From: Minutocellus sp. GHC0000111
Lineage: Eukaryota
Assembly: GCA_977018835.1 (NCBI GenBank)
Contig: OZ361258.1
Location: 620,001-684,000, forward strand
DNA length: 64,000 nt
Direction: 5' to 3'
Of this stretch, positions 10,430 through 21,500 are shown piece by piece. Both the position numbers and the translations under genes were made by a program. The first letter of the stretch is position 1, and every line of letters starts with the position of its first letter. The notes beneath the pieces were generated by a model. That model was not told where the DNA came from. It searched no databases and worked only from the letters and a program-made list of their open reading frames with translations.

Positions 10430-13120
10430 TCAACAGACATCGGAATCGGCGCATCCGGACGTTGCGCAGCAAGCGTTGGGAGCATCGACATTTCCCGTGA
10501 GAGAAAGAAAACATGCCATGATGTTCTTATCGGCAAGCCTTGTCCCAGCTTGGCAATTCTCATCAGTAATATCTTGCTCACCGCAGCTGCAACCTTGGGT
10601 TCCACAACACTTGTGAGTTCCGTCCTGACAAGCCTCGGAATCAGTACTACACTTTAACTCCTTGACCTCAGTGACAGCCGCCCTCCTCGGTAGAAAGCCA
10701 ATATCGTCGCTTCGCAGTTCCAGCTCCTTTTGAAGATCGGGTTTGGAGACGTCGCTGCTGACGCACTTGGCTCGAGGTGGATTGAGAGAGAGGAGGAAAC
10801 GCTTGTCTGGCTCCGATTCAAGACCTTCCTCGTCCCTAGCCGCAGCAAGGATGGGTGCTGAAATGTCATCCCGGACCTTCTTGTTGCGTGATGCACATTT
10901 GCGACGACACTGGCCATTCTTTCGATTCCTCCCTCTTATCTTGAGTACCTTGCGACGGCTCTTTTTCTTCGGCTTACCCTGTAATTCTCGTTGTCTGTTA
11001 GGATCCACAACCCCACCCTGAGGACTGTGGATTACTTCGACGCATGCACTCTCCTCGACTGCATCCACTCCAGCGTAGACAACATCTCGGCCACCGCAGC
11101 CATCGAGATCCGCGTATAGACATTCCTCTTGAGCTTGAAAGTAACTCTGGAATGCCTCGTTGAGGGACTCGGACGGCTGAATGGGGCGATGGACGCCACC
11201 TGAAGTAGTTGTGGCGTCTGGATCCTCATCATCTGTACATTCCACCTCGACGCTCGCTTGAAAGACTTCATGGAACACTTGGATTGCCGCAATCGCTTCA
11301 TAGTTGAGCTTGGCATAAACAAGGCAGCTACCCTCGAGAACAACTTTATCGGTCTCAAGGACGAGATATCGAAGCGCGTCGGGTGGCATCGTCGAATACC
11401 CTCCGTTGACTTCTCTCAGTGCTTCAAGTATGTCTTCGTTGTCGCGACACGTTTTTTCAACGGTATCGTCGCGTTTTGTGCATTCCGTGCACAGAGAATA
11501 CTCCAACATTTCCAGGGCAATTACAGATGGACAGTTGTTGAAGATGGTTACCTCCATCTGGACAGTTTGGGAGTCTACATTGTATGTCGATTCGCCACTG
11601 AGTGTGACTTTGCATGACTTCTCACATGTCTGCACATAGGGATTTGGGCTCACTGCCAAAGGGAGGAAACAATTGGCGTACGGGCCACGCCATTTCCTAC
11701 AGCTGCGGCGGAATTTCGTGAGATGGCACCGGTCAAAGTAACGATTGCAATCCTTCCCCTCTCGGGCAGCGGCCAAGTCGTTGGAACATTTCTTCTGATC
11801 GAATTGCTTTTTCACCAGGTTCTGGCATCGCTGACAAACAGACCTCTCGAGCCGGGCGGGACAGAATCGACGCTTGGGCTTCTTGTCCTTCTTGTTGTTG
11901 GCGGTGTTCTTCTTATTCTTTGCGCTGGTAGTGATGGACTGGCCGGTAACCAAGTTATTGTCGTCGTTATTCGAAGAAGCATTATTTCCTCCACCCTCGT
12001 CGGCAAGTTCCTTGGCCACCCCGACATCGTATTCGACCTGTTCCAGCTTGTCGTTGAGTTCCTTCTGTAAATCTTGGGCCTCCTCCTCTCGCAGCACCGC
12101 CTCGGCCTCGTACGAGAACACAGCGTAGTACCGATTGCTGCATGCGACCTTTGGACCTCCACCGAAGGATGTCAGATCGGCGGCAAAAGCAAACATGTTG
12201 TTACTTGTAGCGGCGTTGCTGGTAGTATCTTCCAACAAGACATCACTCCCACCGTTGAGGTCGACAAAGTCCTGAAGGATGGATACGGGCGGAGAGCATT
12301 CCGAGTACTCCTGCCTCTCGCGACGATCACCATCGCCGGTGCCGCCCTCTCCGTCCTGCTCCTCCTCCTCTACTTGAGCATTGAGCATGACCTCGTCGCA
12401 CTTGACGCAGCTCGACATGGTCAATTCGGTCAGCCTGGCATCGGCCTGGCACAGATTGGTTATCGTCGTGTCCGCACGAATGTTGGCGTTGGCGGCATCG
12501 TAGGATAACACGGCGTTCAAGCCGAGCTGACACGACGACGACGACGCTGCTTGCTTGAGCGAACGACCATCCTCGTACTCAACAGAAGGTTGGTCAGCGA
12601 TGGTGGTGGTGACGACGGAAGAATGGGTTCGAAGAGGCTTCGTCCGACTACTTCCCCGCAGACGAATCTCCTCCTCTTCCACACCATGATGACGGTGATG
12701 ATGACTTGAATCTCTCCTACTCGTAAACGAGAGCAGGCGAACTTGGGGACTGCTATGAGAACGTGTATGGTCGAAATCGGCGGCAGCAAAGATACACGAT
12801 GGGGCCATCATTAGTAGTATCAAGAATAGCAGAAGGACGGCACACGCATGCCTACTACTAGTAGCACCGGCACGCGCATGATGCCTGATGCGGGCAGGAC
12901 TACGATTAGAAGGCATGCTCGTCGTACATGTAATCGTCGGTCCCAAAGATGAGGTGGCCGTGGTCTCGTCGACGCTGAGCACGCCGGCGGCGCCTCGCGA
13001 TCGCCGGAAGCGGTTCCCCTGTTCCCGATCCCGAGGGTCGAACGTCATGTTTATGCTGGTCAGACTATGGCGATGGCGGCTTGTAGTAGCGGCGGTAGCG
13101 CCGGTAGCGGTAGCGGTCAT
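10430..13120 (-). CDS. Uncharacterised Cys-rich secreted/membrane protein with an internal domain duplication
   Basis: 896-aa ORF with a hydrophobic signal-like stretch (AVLLLFLILLMMAPSCIFAA), many Cys, two similar modules and K/R-rich tracts. Confidence 0.75.
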   Translation of the reverse strand: MTATATGATAATTSRHRHSLTSINMTFDPRDREQGNRFRRSRGAAGVLSVDETTATSSLGPTITCTTSMPSNRSPARIRHHARAGATSSRHACAVLLLFLILLMMAPSCIFAAADFDHTRSHSSPQVRLLSFTSRRDSSHHHRHHGVEEEEIRLRGSSRTKPLRTHSSVVTTTIADQPSVEYEDGRSLKQAASSSSCQLGLNAVLSYDAANANIRADTTITNLCQADARLTELTMSSCVKCDEVMLNAQVEEEEQDGEGGTGDGDRRERQEYSECSPPVSILQDFVDLNGGSDVLLEDTTSNAATSNNMFAFAADLTSFGGGPKVACSNRYYAVFSYEAEAVLREEEAQDLQKELNDKLEQVEYDVGVAKELADEGGGNNASSNNDDNNLVTGQSITTSAKNKKNTANNKKDKKPKRRFCPARLERSVCQRCQNLVKKQFDQKKCSNDLAAAREGKDCNRYFDRCHLTKFRRSCRKWRGPYANCFLPLAVSPNPYVQTCEKSCKVTLSGESTYNVDSQTVQMEVTIFNNCPSVIALEMLEYSLCTECTKRDDTVEKTCRDNEDILEALREVNGGYSTMPPDALRYLVLETDKVVLEGSCLVYAKLNYEAIAAIQVFHEVFQASVEVECTDDEDPDATTTSGGVHRPIQPSESLNEAFQSYFQAQEECLYADLDGCGGRDVVYAGVDAVEESACVEVIHSPQGGVVDPNRQRELQGKPKKKSRRKVLKIRGRNRKNGQCRRKCASRNKKVRDDISAPILAAARDEEGLESEPDKRFLLSLNPPRAKCVSSDVSKPDLQKELELRSDDIGFLPRRAAVTEVKELKCSTDSEACQDGTHKCCGTQGCSCGEQDITDENCQAGTRLADKNIMACFLSLTGNVDAPNACCATSGCADSDVC

Positions 13121-13506
13121 CTTGACAACCCCGGCCCGGGCTAGCGTCTCATTTGATTACTCTAGCTAGAGAGTATGGCGGGGCGAGAGATTTATGCCCG
13201 TTTTTTTTAGGGACACGGGGCTGTTGTGCCGCTTTTCTGATGACGTGTCACTTTTCTGATCGATTGAAGTCGAGTGCGTCGTCGAGTCGAGTCGAGTAGC
13301 TAAGCAAGCAACCTCATCTGGCGGGGGCGCCACAAGAGTGCGAGAAGAATTTGAGTTGAAATTGGAGGCATTTTGTTAGTTCGACTGACTTTGTAGACTG
13401 CGTCTGCTCTCAGGGTTGGGCAATAAGTGGATAGATACGCCCCCACAATGCAAGCACACAGCAGCACATCTTTTTGAACAACCAAAACCCTAGCTAGCTA
13501 GCCACG

Positions 13507-16500
13507 ATGATGAAATCGCGCTTCGGCAGCGGCGGCGGCAGCAAGGCCAAGCGTTCCGTTGTGGGCGCCCTCCGAGCCGGTCTTGGGAAGAACAGCAGCG
13601 GCGCCGGCAGCAGCGGTGGCGGTGGCGCCAGCAAAACCAAGCAGGCTACTGCCAGTAGGACCGACAACGACGACGACGCCTATGCTGCCGCCTACGCCGC
13701 CGCCTACGGCAACGACGACGACGGATACTCGTACGGCGGCACCGGCAGCTACTACGGCGACAACTTGATGGACAGTGGAAGCCTCTTGAGCGGCAATGAC
13801 GACGACAATCACGATGATGATGATGATGATTATGCCAATGTTTTGGACTATGGTGATGGAGAAGAGCAGCAAAAGCAGCAGCAGCGCCCGCCTCCCTTCC
13901 AAAGCCGGGCGTCCAGCATCAGCCTCAACAAGTCCGACAAGCACGAGGCCAGGGTCGATGATATCGAAAATACCGAGCAGACTCGCCAGGCTCAAGTTGC
14001 CTCGTTGTTTCCAGACATTAGCCTCGGCGGATCCGATACCGACGAGCAGATGGACGGTAGCTCTTTTCTTGGTGACGACGACGAAACGTACGAAGAGGAG
14101 GAAGGTGATGACGACGACGACGACGACGACGACGACGAAACTTATGATGAGGAGGATGAGGATGACCGCCAACAACTAAAGCCTGCCGACGACAATCATG
14201 ACGGCGGTGCCCTCTTTCCGGATATTCTGGCCGAAATGGACGACGACCTCGGCATGCTGGAGGGCGACGATGACGAGAGTATGTTGAGCGCAAGTGCGTC
14301 CGAGGCCACCGAGGAGGAGGAAGCTGCTCCGGCCGACACTTTGTCAACGTTACAGGCAGATGCCAAGGCCACCACCATCTCAACTACCGAGAAGGAGGCC
14401 GGTGATGCCGACGCCGACGACGACGCCAACCTGATGAAGGTAAAAAAGGATACCGACGACGTCGATCGGACCACAATCACAGAGGTGGAGACACCGGCGG
14501 CCTCGCCGGAGAACCCATTCCGGGCTACTAGCAGCGCGACGGACTCCTACGCCTACCCGCCGGCCGAGGAGGTGGCGGTTGCAGTCCAGCAGCAGCTCCA
14601 AGTCGACCAAAATCAGTCTCAAGAGACGGAAGATTACGAGGAGAAGAAGGAGGAGGAGGAGGAGGAGGAGGAGGACACGTCCACCAGAGTACCGGTAAAC
14701 GAAGATGCCGTTGACGCGGCTGCTGTTGGTGCGGATGCCTCCCGTGACATCGCCAGCGCAAACCCCAACGACATCTCCTTCGAGACTGCGGCCTCTGAGG
14801 CCGACGACGAAAAGGAGGAGGAGGAGGAAGAAGAGGAAGAAGAAGAGGCGAGTGCCGTGGAGGCCGCGCAGCAAGTCTTCCCAGAGCAGGTCGACGATGC
14901 CTCGGAGGAGGAACTGGACGATGAGATCGAGAAGGCCATTCACGACATTGAGAGTGATGCTGATGGCGATGGCGATGGCGATGGCGATGATGCGTCGGCC
15001 TCTGCCTCTACTACATCTGCTGTGGCTGCCAGCATTGGCGGTGACGACGAGAAGCGTGAGGAAGAGAAGTCGGATGATGATGTCGTCATGGAACCCACCG
15101 CCGTCAATACCAGTGACGACTCTTCGTCCCTCCGCGCTGCCGAGGCATCCCTCGTCGACGATTTGTCGAGCCATGGGGATATCGAAGAAGATGGTAAAAA
15201 AGTTGAGCATCCAGAGGAGAAGGAAACAGAGAAGGACGATGAAAATATCGTTGTGGAAGAGTCAAGACCTACTATAGACCCTACGGCCATCGATTCTTCC
15301 GACGAGAGCAGTGAGGATGGGGAGGACACCGCCAGCAGTCTCAATAATTCTACTTCCTTTGCCATGGTGGCTGATGACCGATCCCTTGGCGCCGAGAACG
15401 GCCCTAACAGTGTTGATTCCAACAAGGCAAGCAACGCGGATGATAATGAAGATGAGGGCATCGAAAAGAGCGCCTATCTTCCTTCCACATACAGCAGCAC
15501 GCCGCCGACTCCCCGGAAGAAGGACGTTGCCTTCGCCAAGGGAACGACCCCAAAGAAGAAGGAAAGGTCCACCGTTGCGGTCGCCATTGATGATGATGAC
15601 AAGACCATGGCCAGTGAAACGAGTCGTCGAACAACTCAGACGGCACAGACGAGCAACACCGATGCGACAGCTCAGGTGTCCAATCTGGTCCTTGCTCTCG
15701 TGGAACCCATCGATAATAGGGAGTGTGGAATCGGCAGGGGAGACATCATCCTCTCCATCCTTAGCATGCCCAAGGCGAAGAGCAGTAGGTCCGCCGCGGC
15801 AGCTCCTGCTACCGGAGACGCCAAGGTTGAGACGGGCAATACTCCCCCCGCCAATGACAAGGCCAAGTCAGAGCTGGCAATGTGGGCGGGTAAAAATGTC
15901 AAGGATGCCATCTGGAGGATGCGCAAGCTCCATGCACGTATTGAGAAAGAGGTGACGGCGAACCTGCCCGTCCCAGGGTCGATCGAAGCCATCTCAGACG
16001 ATGCTGACTTGGACAAGGTATCCCGCCCAGCTGATGCCAGCAAGTATGGCAGGCTTTTGCAGAATCGAGCTGCCGAGGCACTTAGGAGGAATGATTTGGA
16101 CAAGGCTTTGGAGGGATACGAGGAAATTTATGCTTCCTACAAGATTGCGTTGGAGAGGCAGCGTCGTAAGCAAGGACGACACGGCAACATGTCCCCAGAA
16201 ATGGACAGGGATCTCAAGTATCATCCCAGCTTAGGAGCTGCCCTCTACAATATTGGCATCGTCCTTCTCCTGAGCTCACGGTACGAGGAGGCACTCGAAA
16301 AGTTCGAGGAGAGCAGACGGGTCCGAGCCAAGAAGCTTGGCAAGCAGTCCGCTGAGTATATTGCTTCTCTCTCGAAGAAGGCCACTGCTCTGTTTGCCCT
16401 TGGACGTCTGCCAGAGGCTCAAGCTGTCTTTGAAGAAATTCTTGCGGTTGCTCCGAAAATGACTCCCGCGGATAAGGCCGAGCTTGCGGAGATCCAGAAT

Positions 16501-17103
16501 TCCTACGGATGCACGTTGTATGCGGCAGGACAGCGCGACATCGCCCTCCGGAATTTCGAGCAGTCTCTCTTCATCAACAAGACTCTTTTGGACGAATCCA
16601 TCTACGGTGATGCGGACGCTTCCGGTGAACTAATCATGGCTCGCACCGCTGCTACCTTGAACAACATCGGACAGATTGGTCTGAAAAATCGAGAATACGA
16701 AAAGGCCAAGGCGGCTTTCGAGGGAAGTTACAAATATCAGTTCTTGTTGTTCAATCCCAGCAATCCGTTTGTTCTAGCGACAATGGATAAGCTCGCGTTT
16801 ACCAATGTGAAGAAAGGAGATCGGGGCAAAGCATTGTCCATGTACAATCAAATGTTGGAAGCCCAGATCGAGGTACTTGGTCCTCATCATATCGATTGTG
16901 CCCAAACACTGACAAAGATTAGTCTGGTGCATGTGGAGGAGAAAAACTTCCAGGCTGCCGAAACTGCTGCCCAGATGGTTGTTGAGGCCGAGGCGAGGAA
17001 TGAAAACAATCCAAAGGTGTCCGGGAGATTTAAGTCTCTCAGCAAGGCAGCCAAGAAGGGCTTTAAAAAGAAAGCGAAGAACATGGCGGCCGACAAAAAT
17101 TAA
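13507..17103 (+). CDS. TPR-repeat (kinesin-light-chain-like) protein with long acidic N-terminus
   Basis: 1198-aa ORF. D/E-rich first half, then repeats such as GAALYNIGIVLLLSSRYEEALEKFEES, AATLNNIGQI and LGPHHIDCAQTL. Confidence 0.88.
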   Translation: MMKSRFGSGGGSKAKRSVVGALRAGLGKNSSGAGSSGGGGASKTKQATASRTDNDDDAYAAAYAAAYGNDDDGYSYGGTGSYYGDNLMDSGSLLSGNDDDNHDDDDDDYANVLDYGDGEEQQKQQQRPPPFQSRASSISLNKSDKHEARVDDIENTEQTRQAQVASLFPDISLGGSDTDEQMDGSSFLGDDDETYEEEEGDDDDDDDDDDETYDEEDEDDRQQLKPADDNHDGGALFPDILAEMDDDLGMLEGDDDESMLSASASEATEEEEAAPADTLSTLQADAKATTISTTEKEAGDADADDDANLMKVKKDTDDVDRTTITEVETPAASPENPFRATSSATDSYAYPPAEEVAVAVQQQLQVDQNQSQETEDYEEKKEEEEEEEEDTSTRVPVNEDAVDAAAVGADASRDIASANPNDISFETAASEADDEKEEEEEEEEEEEASAVEAAQQVFPEQVDDASEEELDDEIEKAIHDIESDADGDGDGDGDDASASASTTSAVAASIGGDDEKREEEKSDDDVVMEPTAVNTSDDSSSLRAAEASLVDDLSSHGDIEEDGKKVEHPEEKETEKDDENIVVEESRPTIDPTAIDSSDESSEDGEDTASSLNNSTSFAMVADDRSLGAENGPNSVDSNKASNADDNEDEGIEKSAYLPSTYSSTPPTPRKKDVAFAKGTTPKKKERSTVAVAIDDDDKTMASETSRRTTQTAQTSNTDATAQVSNLVLALVEPIDNRECGIGRGDIILSILSMPKAKSSRSAAAAPATGDAKVETGNTPPANDKAKSELAMWAGKNVKDAIWRMRKLHARIEKEVTANLPVPGSIEAISDDADLDKVSRPADASKYGRLLQNRAAEALRRNDLDKALEGYEEIYASYKIALERQRRKQGRHGNMSPEMDRDLKYHPSLGAALYNIGIVLLLSSRYEEALEKFEESRRVRAKKLGKQSAEYIASLSKKATALFALGRLPEAQAVFEEILAVAPKMTPADKAELAEIQNSYGCTLYAAGQRDIALRNFEQSLFINKTLLDESIYGDADASGELIMARTAATLNNIGQIGLKNREYEKAKAAFEGSYKYQFLLFNPSNPFVLATMDKLAFTNVKKGDRGKALSMYNQMLEAQIEVLGPHHIDCAQTLTKISLVHVEEKNFQAAETAAQMVVEAEARNENNPKVSGRFKSLSKAAKKGFKKKAKNMAADKN

Positions 17104-17305
17104 ATTGGCATGCCATCTAGCTAGAGATATGCAGACGACGACGACCTAAAATTTAGAGATTATAAATGTTTTTTATGTGTACGATTGGCTAGATCTAATC
17201 TCCTGAAATTAGATATTCTATTGCCATTACTTGATTGAACCAAGTAAGTTATAATAGGCGCCTATACCAAAACATTAGAACATCTCCCAAATATAAAACC
17301 ATCGA

Positions 17306-18143
17306 TTATCTCGCTCTTCCACAACTGCGAACGCAGCTCTTTGCTTGCTGCAGGCCATCTTCGCCCATATGCGGCATCCCATCCTGCCGTCCCTCGCTGA
17401 TATCAATGGCCATTTTTAGGTACGCTTTGGCTTCCACCATATCCTTGGGAACCAGATCGTCGAGACCATGCAAGTGCCACCTCCCCACCTCCAAGCATGC
17501 CCTATCAGATCCCGCTTCTGCCGCGGAAGACATCATACAGAAGAAGGCTTGATCCTTGTCTCTCTGAGCACCTCCCCGGCCGTTCATGATGAAACATGCC
17601 GCCATGGCCATGCCAGCGGCATTCTGGAGTTCCGCTGACTGTTGGTATCTTGTAAATGCCTTCTCGTCGCTCTGGGCCAGGCCTTTCAATCCGTGTTCAT
17701 ATAGGTATCCGAGGCGATATAGAGCCTCAGAAGCCTCCTCTTCTGTGGAGTCACTACCGGCACTTTGGGCTAGCATCTCCAAACGTTTAATCCCCACTGC
17801 ATCTTCCACCTTTTCCCGCCACTCTCTCGATAGATCCACTCTCCTCGGGAGACCGTGGGTACCTGACTGATACATGTTGGCAAGAGCCTCCATGGCCTCA
17901 GCATCGCCCCCCATGGCCCTCTGCCACGTCCCCACGGCCTGCTCCCTCTTGAGATACAAACTGTCCTCCCGCTTCTCCAGGGCACTGACGGCAACATTCT
18001 CTTCCAGTTCCCGAAACCACAAAGGAAACTCGTACGACGAAAACGCGCGCCCTCTGGAGGCGCGCGTTTTCAAGGAGATCGTTTGCGGTCAGCCCGTGCC
18101 CGCCGGCGGCGGGCTGCTGGTCCTCGTTGCTGGTGTCGGACAT
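17306..18143 (-). CDS. Sel1-like repeat protein with apparent frameshift near 18040-18073
   Basis: Sel1 repeats ALYRLGYLYEHGLKGLAQSDEKAFTRYQQSAE and AMEALANMYQSG. The ATG at 18143 opens a different frame from the Sel1 ORF, which starts at a TTG. Confidence 0.8.
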
Positions 18144-18564
18144 GCTTTTAGCTAGGAGCTCTAGAGCAGAGGACTTAAGCGATCATGAAAGCGGACAAGC
18201 GGACCTCTCCTTTGCTTTCACCGGAACGTGACGCCGAATGAATGGATGAATGGATGAATCGAATCTCTTGAAGCGTTCTCGTCTGTCATCGGCGCTCGGC
18301 GATGCTGCTGCTGGTGGTTGCTTGCTCTCGGCTCTCTGTCTCCACACGCCATCCACGCGGCCGTCTTATCACATCTCATCTATTCTCGCGACGTTGCTTA
18401 CTTTATGATGTTTGTCATGCAGAGATGTCACCACGCACCAGAAAGTCGACATGTCTTTCTTTCTTTCGGGCATCTCGCACCGTGCTGGCGGCAGTGATTG
18501 TGTGCTTGCATGTTGGCCAATGGCCTTCGCCCTCATCACACAAAGCCAAAAAGCACAGGATGTG

Positions 18565-21500
18565 ATGGTATCTACACCACGCTATGGTACCAAAATGAGA
18601 TTACGCACTCACAAAGACAGTCTTGTGCGGCGCCGAAGACACGGACAACTCATGCTGCTCCTACTGGCACATCTTCCATCGCTGGTCTCGTCGACTAATG
18701 CCAATCCCAACCCGTATCGGCTGAAGCAGCCGGATGGCACCGAAACGCCGCCGATCCTTTTAACGGGTTCACCGCATTATCATCAGCTCGAGGACGAGGA
18801 CGGATACACGGTAGTGGCCGCATCGGATGGGTTCGTCAAGTACGGCTCTCTCGATCCCAACACCGGCGAGGTTGTCCCGACCGAGTACAAAATGGGCGCC
18901 GTCGACGAGGACAGCGGTGAAGTAATATCCCCAGAGAAGCTCGGGTTGGAGAAGAAGGTGGCGCCGACCGAGGAGGCCATCGCCCGCCAATGTGGACAGT
19001 TCTGCGTCGACGAGCAGCAGAGCAAGGAAGGGTGGGAACCGCCCAAGAAGGAAGGCAAGCAGTGCAAGGGACTGCTGTGCAACCTTTCCCGCAGGGGAGG
19101 CGATGGTGGCGGTGGCGTCAGGGCGGGCCTCCTTACGACCGTTGGCTTTGATCGGTTGCTGAGGGGATCGCCACAACAACAATCTCCGCCACAACAACAA
19201 GAATCACAAGCTGCACGAGCTGCCCGACAGCTCCAAGCCGAACGGAAAAATCGTCATCGGAAGCTTTCGGCAGTCCAAGACGGAAAGCTCCTCAATGTAG
19301 TGATACCCATCCAATTTGCTGACCATCCCGACGAAAACCTTCCGCTCATATCACACATTGAGACTTTGTTCAATGCCGTCAACGGCCACCCTACAATATG
19401 TCCCACCGGGTCGGTACGTGACGTATTCTTCAGCTCGAGCTACGGCAAGCTGACGGTAGTTTCGACGGTGGTGCCGTGGATCAAGCTGTCCAAACCTCAG
19501 GCGTACTACGCCGGTGGAGCCAGTGGAATGGCACCTCAATTTCAGGAGGCATTGATCGAGGCTCTGGACTATCTGGAGTCCGATCCAAACTTCACCTTTC
19601 GTGACTTTGATGCCAACGGCGATGGACTGATCGATGCCATCACGTACGTGCACTCGGGCTACGGCTCAGAATGGGGCGGCGTTGATTGTACAGCCGCGGA
19701 GGCCGGAGTTGGAGATCGGATATGGTCCCACAAGTGGAAGCTTAGCCCAAATACGTGGACCAGCGGCAAGGACGGAGTGCTTGTGGAGGAATATCACATA
19801 TCGCCCGCTCTGCACGGCAGATGCGGAAGCGAGATGGGTAGAATCGGGACAATCTCTCACGAACTGGGCCACTTCTTAGGGTTGCCCGACCTCTATGGAG
19901 GCAACAGTAACTCTGGCAATGGCATCGGATCGTTTGGGCTCATGGGGAACAGCTGGGTAAGTACATACTACATGTGCATACGCATGTTGACATTCGTTTT
20001 TAGGAAAGGAGGAGCAATACATGTAAATGACTTTGCATGGTTTGTCTATCATACCCTCATTCCTCTCACATATCAACTTGTCTGCATTTTTTAAACATAT
20101 CAGGGCTGGGATAGCACACAATCCTACCCACCGATAGCATCCTCGTGGTCGAAGATTGAAATGGGGTGGATGTCTCCATCGGAGATATCAGAATCGGGAC
20201 GATATTACTTGCCCCCAATTGCAACAAATCCAAAGGTCTTCAAAATTTCCCGCGGGTTTCCCGAGGGCGAATATCTTCTCATTGAGAATAGACAGCCGCT
20301 GGGATTTGATGCCAAGATGCCCATCGGTGGTATTGTAATATGGCACATTGATGAGCTTGCTTTACACAATGTAGCGGCTGGTTATCCTGGGAGTGACGGG
20401 TGGCCCACGAATGGCAAGCACTTCCGGTAAGTCAGAAATCGTTTTCACAAGTTTGGCTGCATGTAATTACCATGATAGTACCTTACTTCTGCTATTAGTA
20501 CTGTGTCCCGATTTCCACCTTCGCTCACCCAATCCCTGCCAACGTCAAAAAAACACTTTCCCCTTTTTTTATTTCAGGGTAAGCATAGTTCCGGCCGATT
20601 CCTCCTATTCGCTTGAGAAAGGGGATGACCGGGGAGCTGCCGGGCATGTGTTTCGACCCGGCGACGAGCTGTCTTCGAATGTCAATAAGTTCCCTTCGAC
20701 AGCATCATACCAAGAGGGTGTTATTGCAGGGACAGGCATTCGTATCTTTGATATCAAGGAGATCAAGTAAAGCGGGAAAGACACTATAATGAAGTTTTCG
20801 GTTCTATTTGAGGGAGACACGATGCCGCCCTCCGTGGGCCCGACCGCTTTTCCAACTGTAGAATCTCCCGAACCTCAGTTGTTCTCGAGAGAAATCGGTG
20901 GGTACTACATGTACCTAGCTAGGTACTGTTTTACGATGTAGTGGACATGGATCTCTTTCGCCAGATTCAGCTCTGAGAAGCTTACTCATTTGTTTTCTTC
21001 TCTCTTCCCATCGCTGCCTGGAAAATTAGTCACTACTTTTGCAGGGGGGACTGGAAGTTTCGGCTCTCAATTCGACGTGAAGGCCGTGAAAGACATCACC
21101 GTCACCCATTTTGCCGTGCATAGCAAGGTGGGACCAACTGAGCCGGCGATGGAAATTGAAGTTTATACCAAAGCGGACACTTTTGTGGGAAGCGAATATA
21201 CCGAGACAGATTGGGACAAGATATGCTGTAATCGACCGATACTATCTGCTAGTCTGGCAAAACGCACCATCATTCCAAGCGATGCTTTCTTTGAGAGCGT
21301 GGATATAGCGGCAGGTCAGACGCAAGCCTTCTACATCACCGCCAAGGAGCCAGTGCTTCGGTATTCAAAAGGCCAACGCTCCATTGGGGACATCATGAGT
21401 GGCAATCTCGATGTCCAGGTCCTAACTGGAGGCGGCGTTGGATTCTACCCCTTTGGGCAAGCACCAAATCGTGATTTCAATGGTGTTGTATTTTATGATA

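Noticed and set aside
13498..15461. Long antisense ORFs over the acidic TPR gene, and similar shadow ORFs over NNT and DEX1
   Set aside because: They mirror GAC/GAG-rich codons of the real gene and have no independent motifs.
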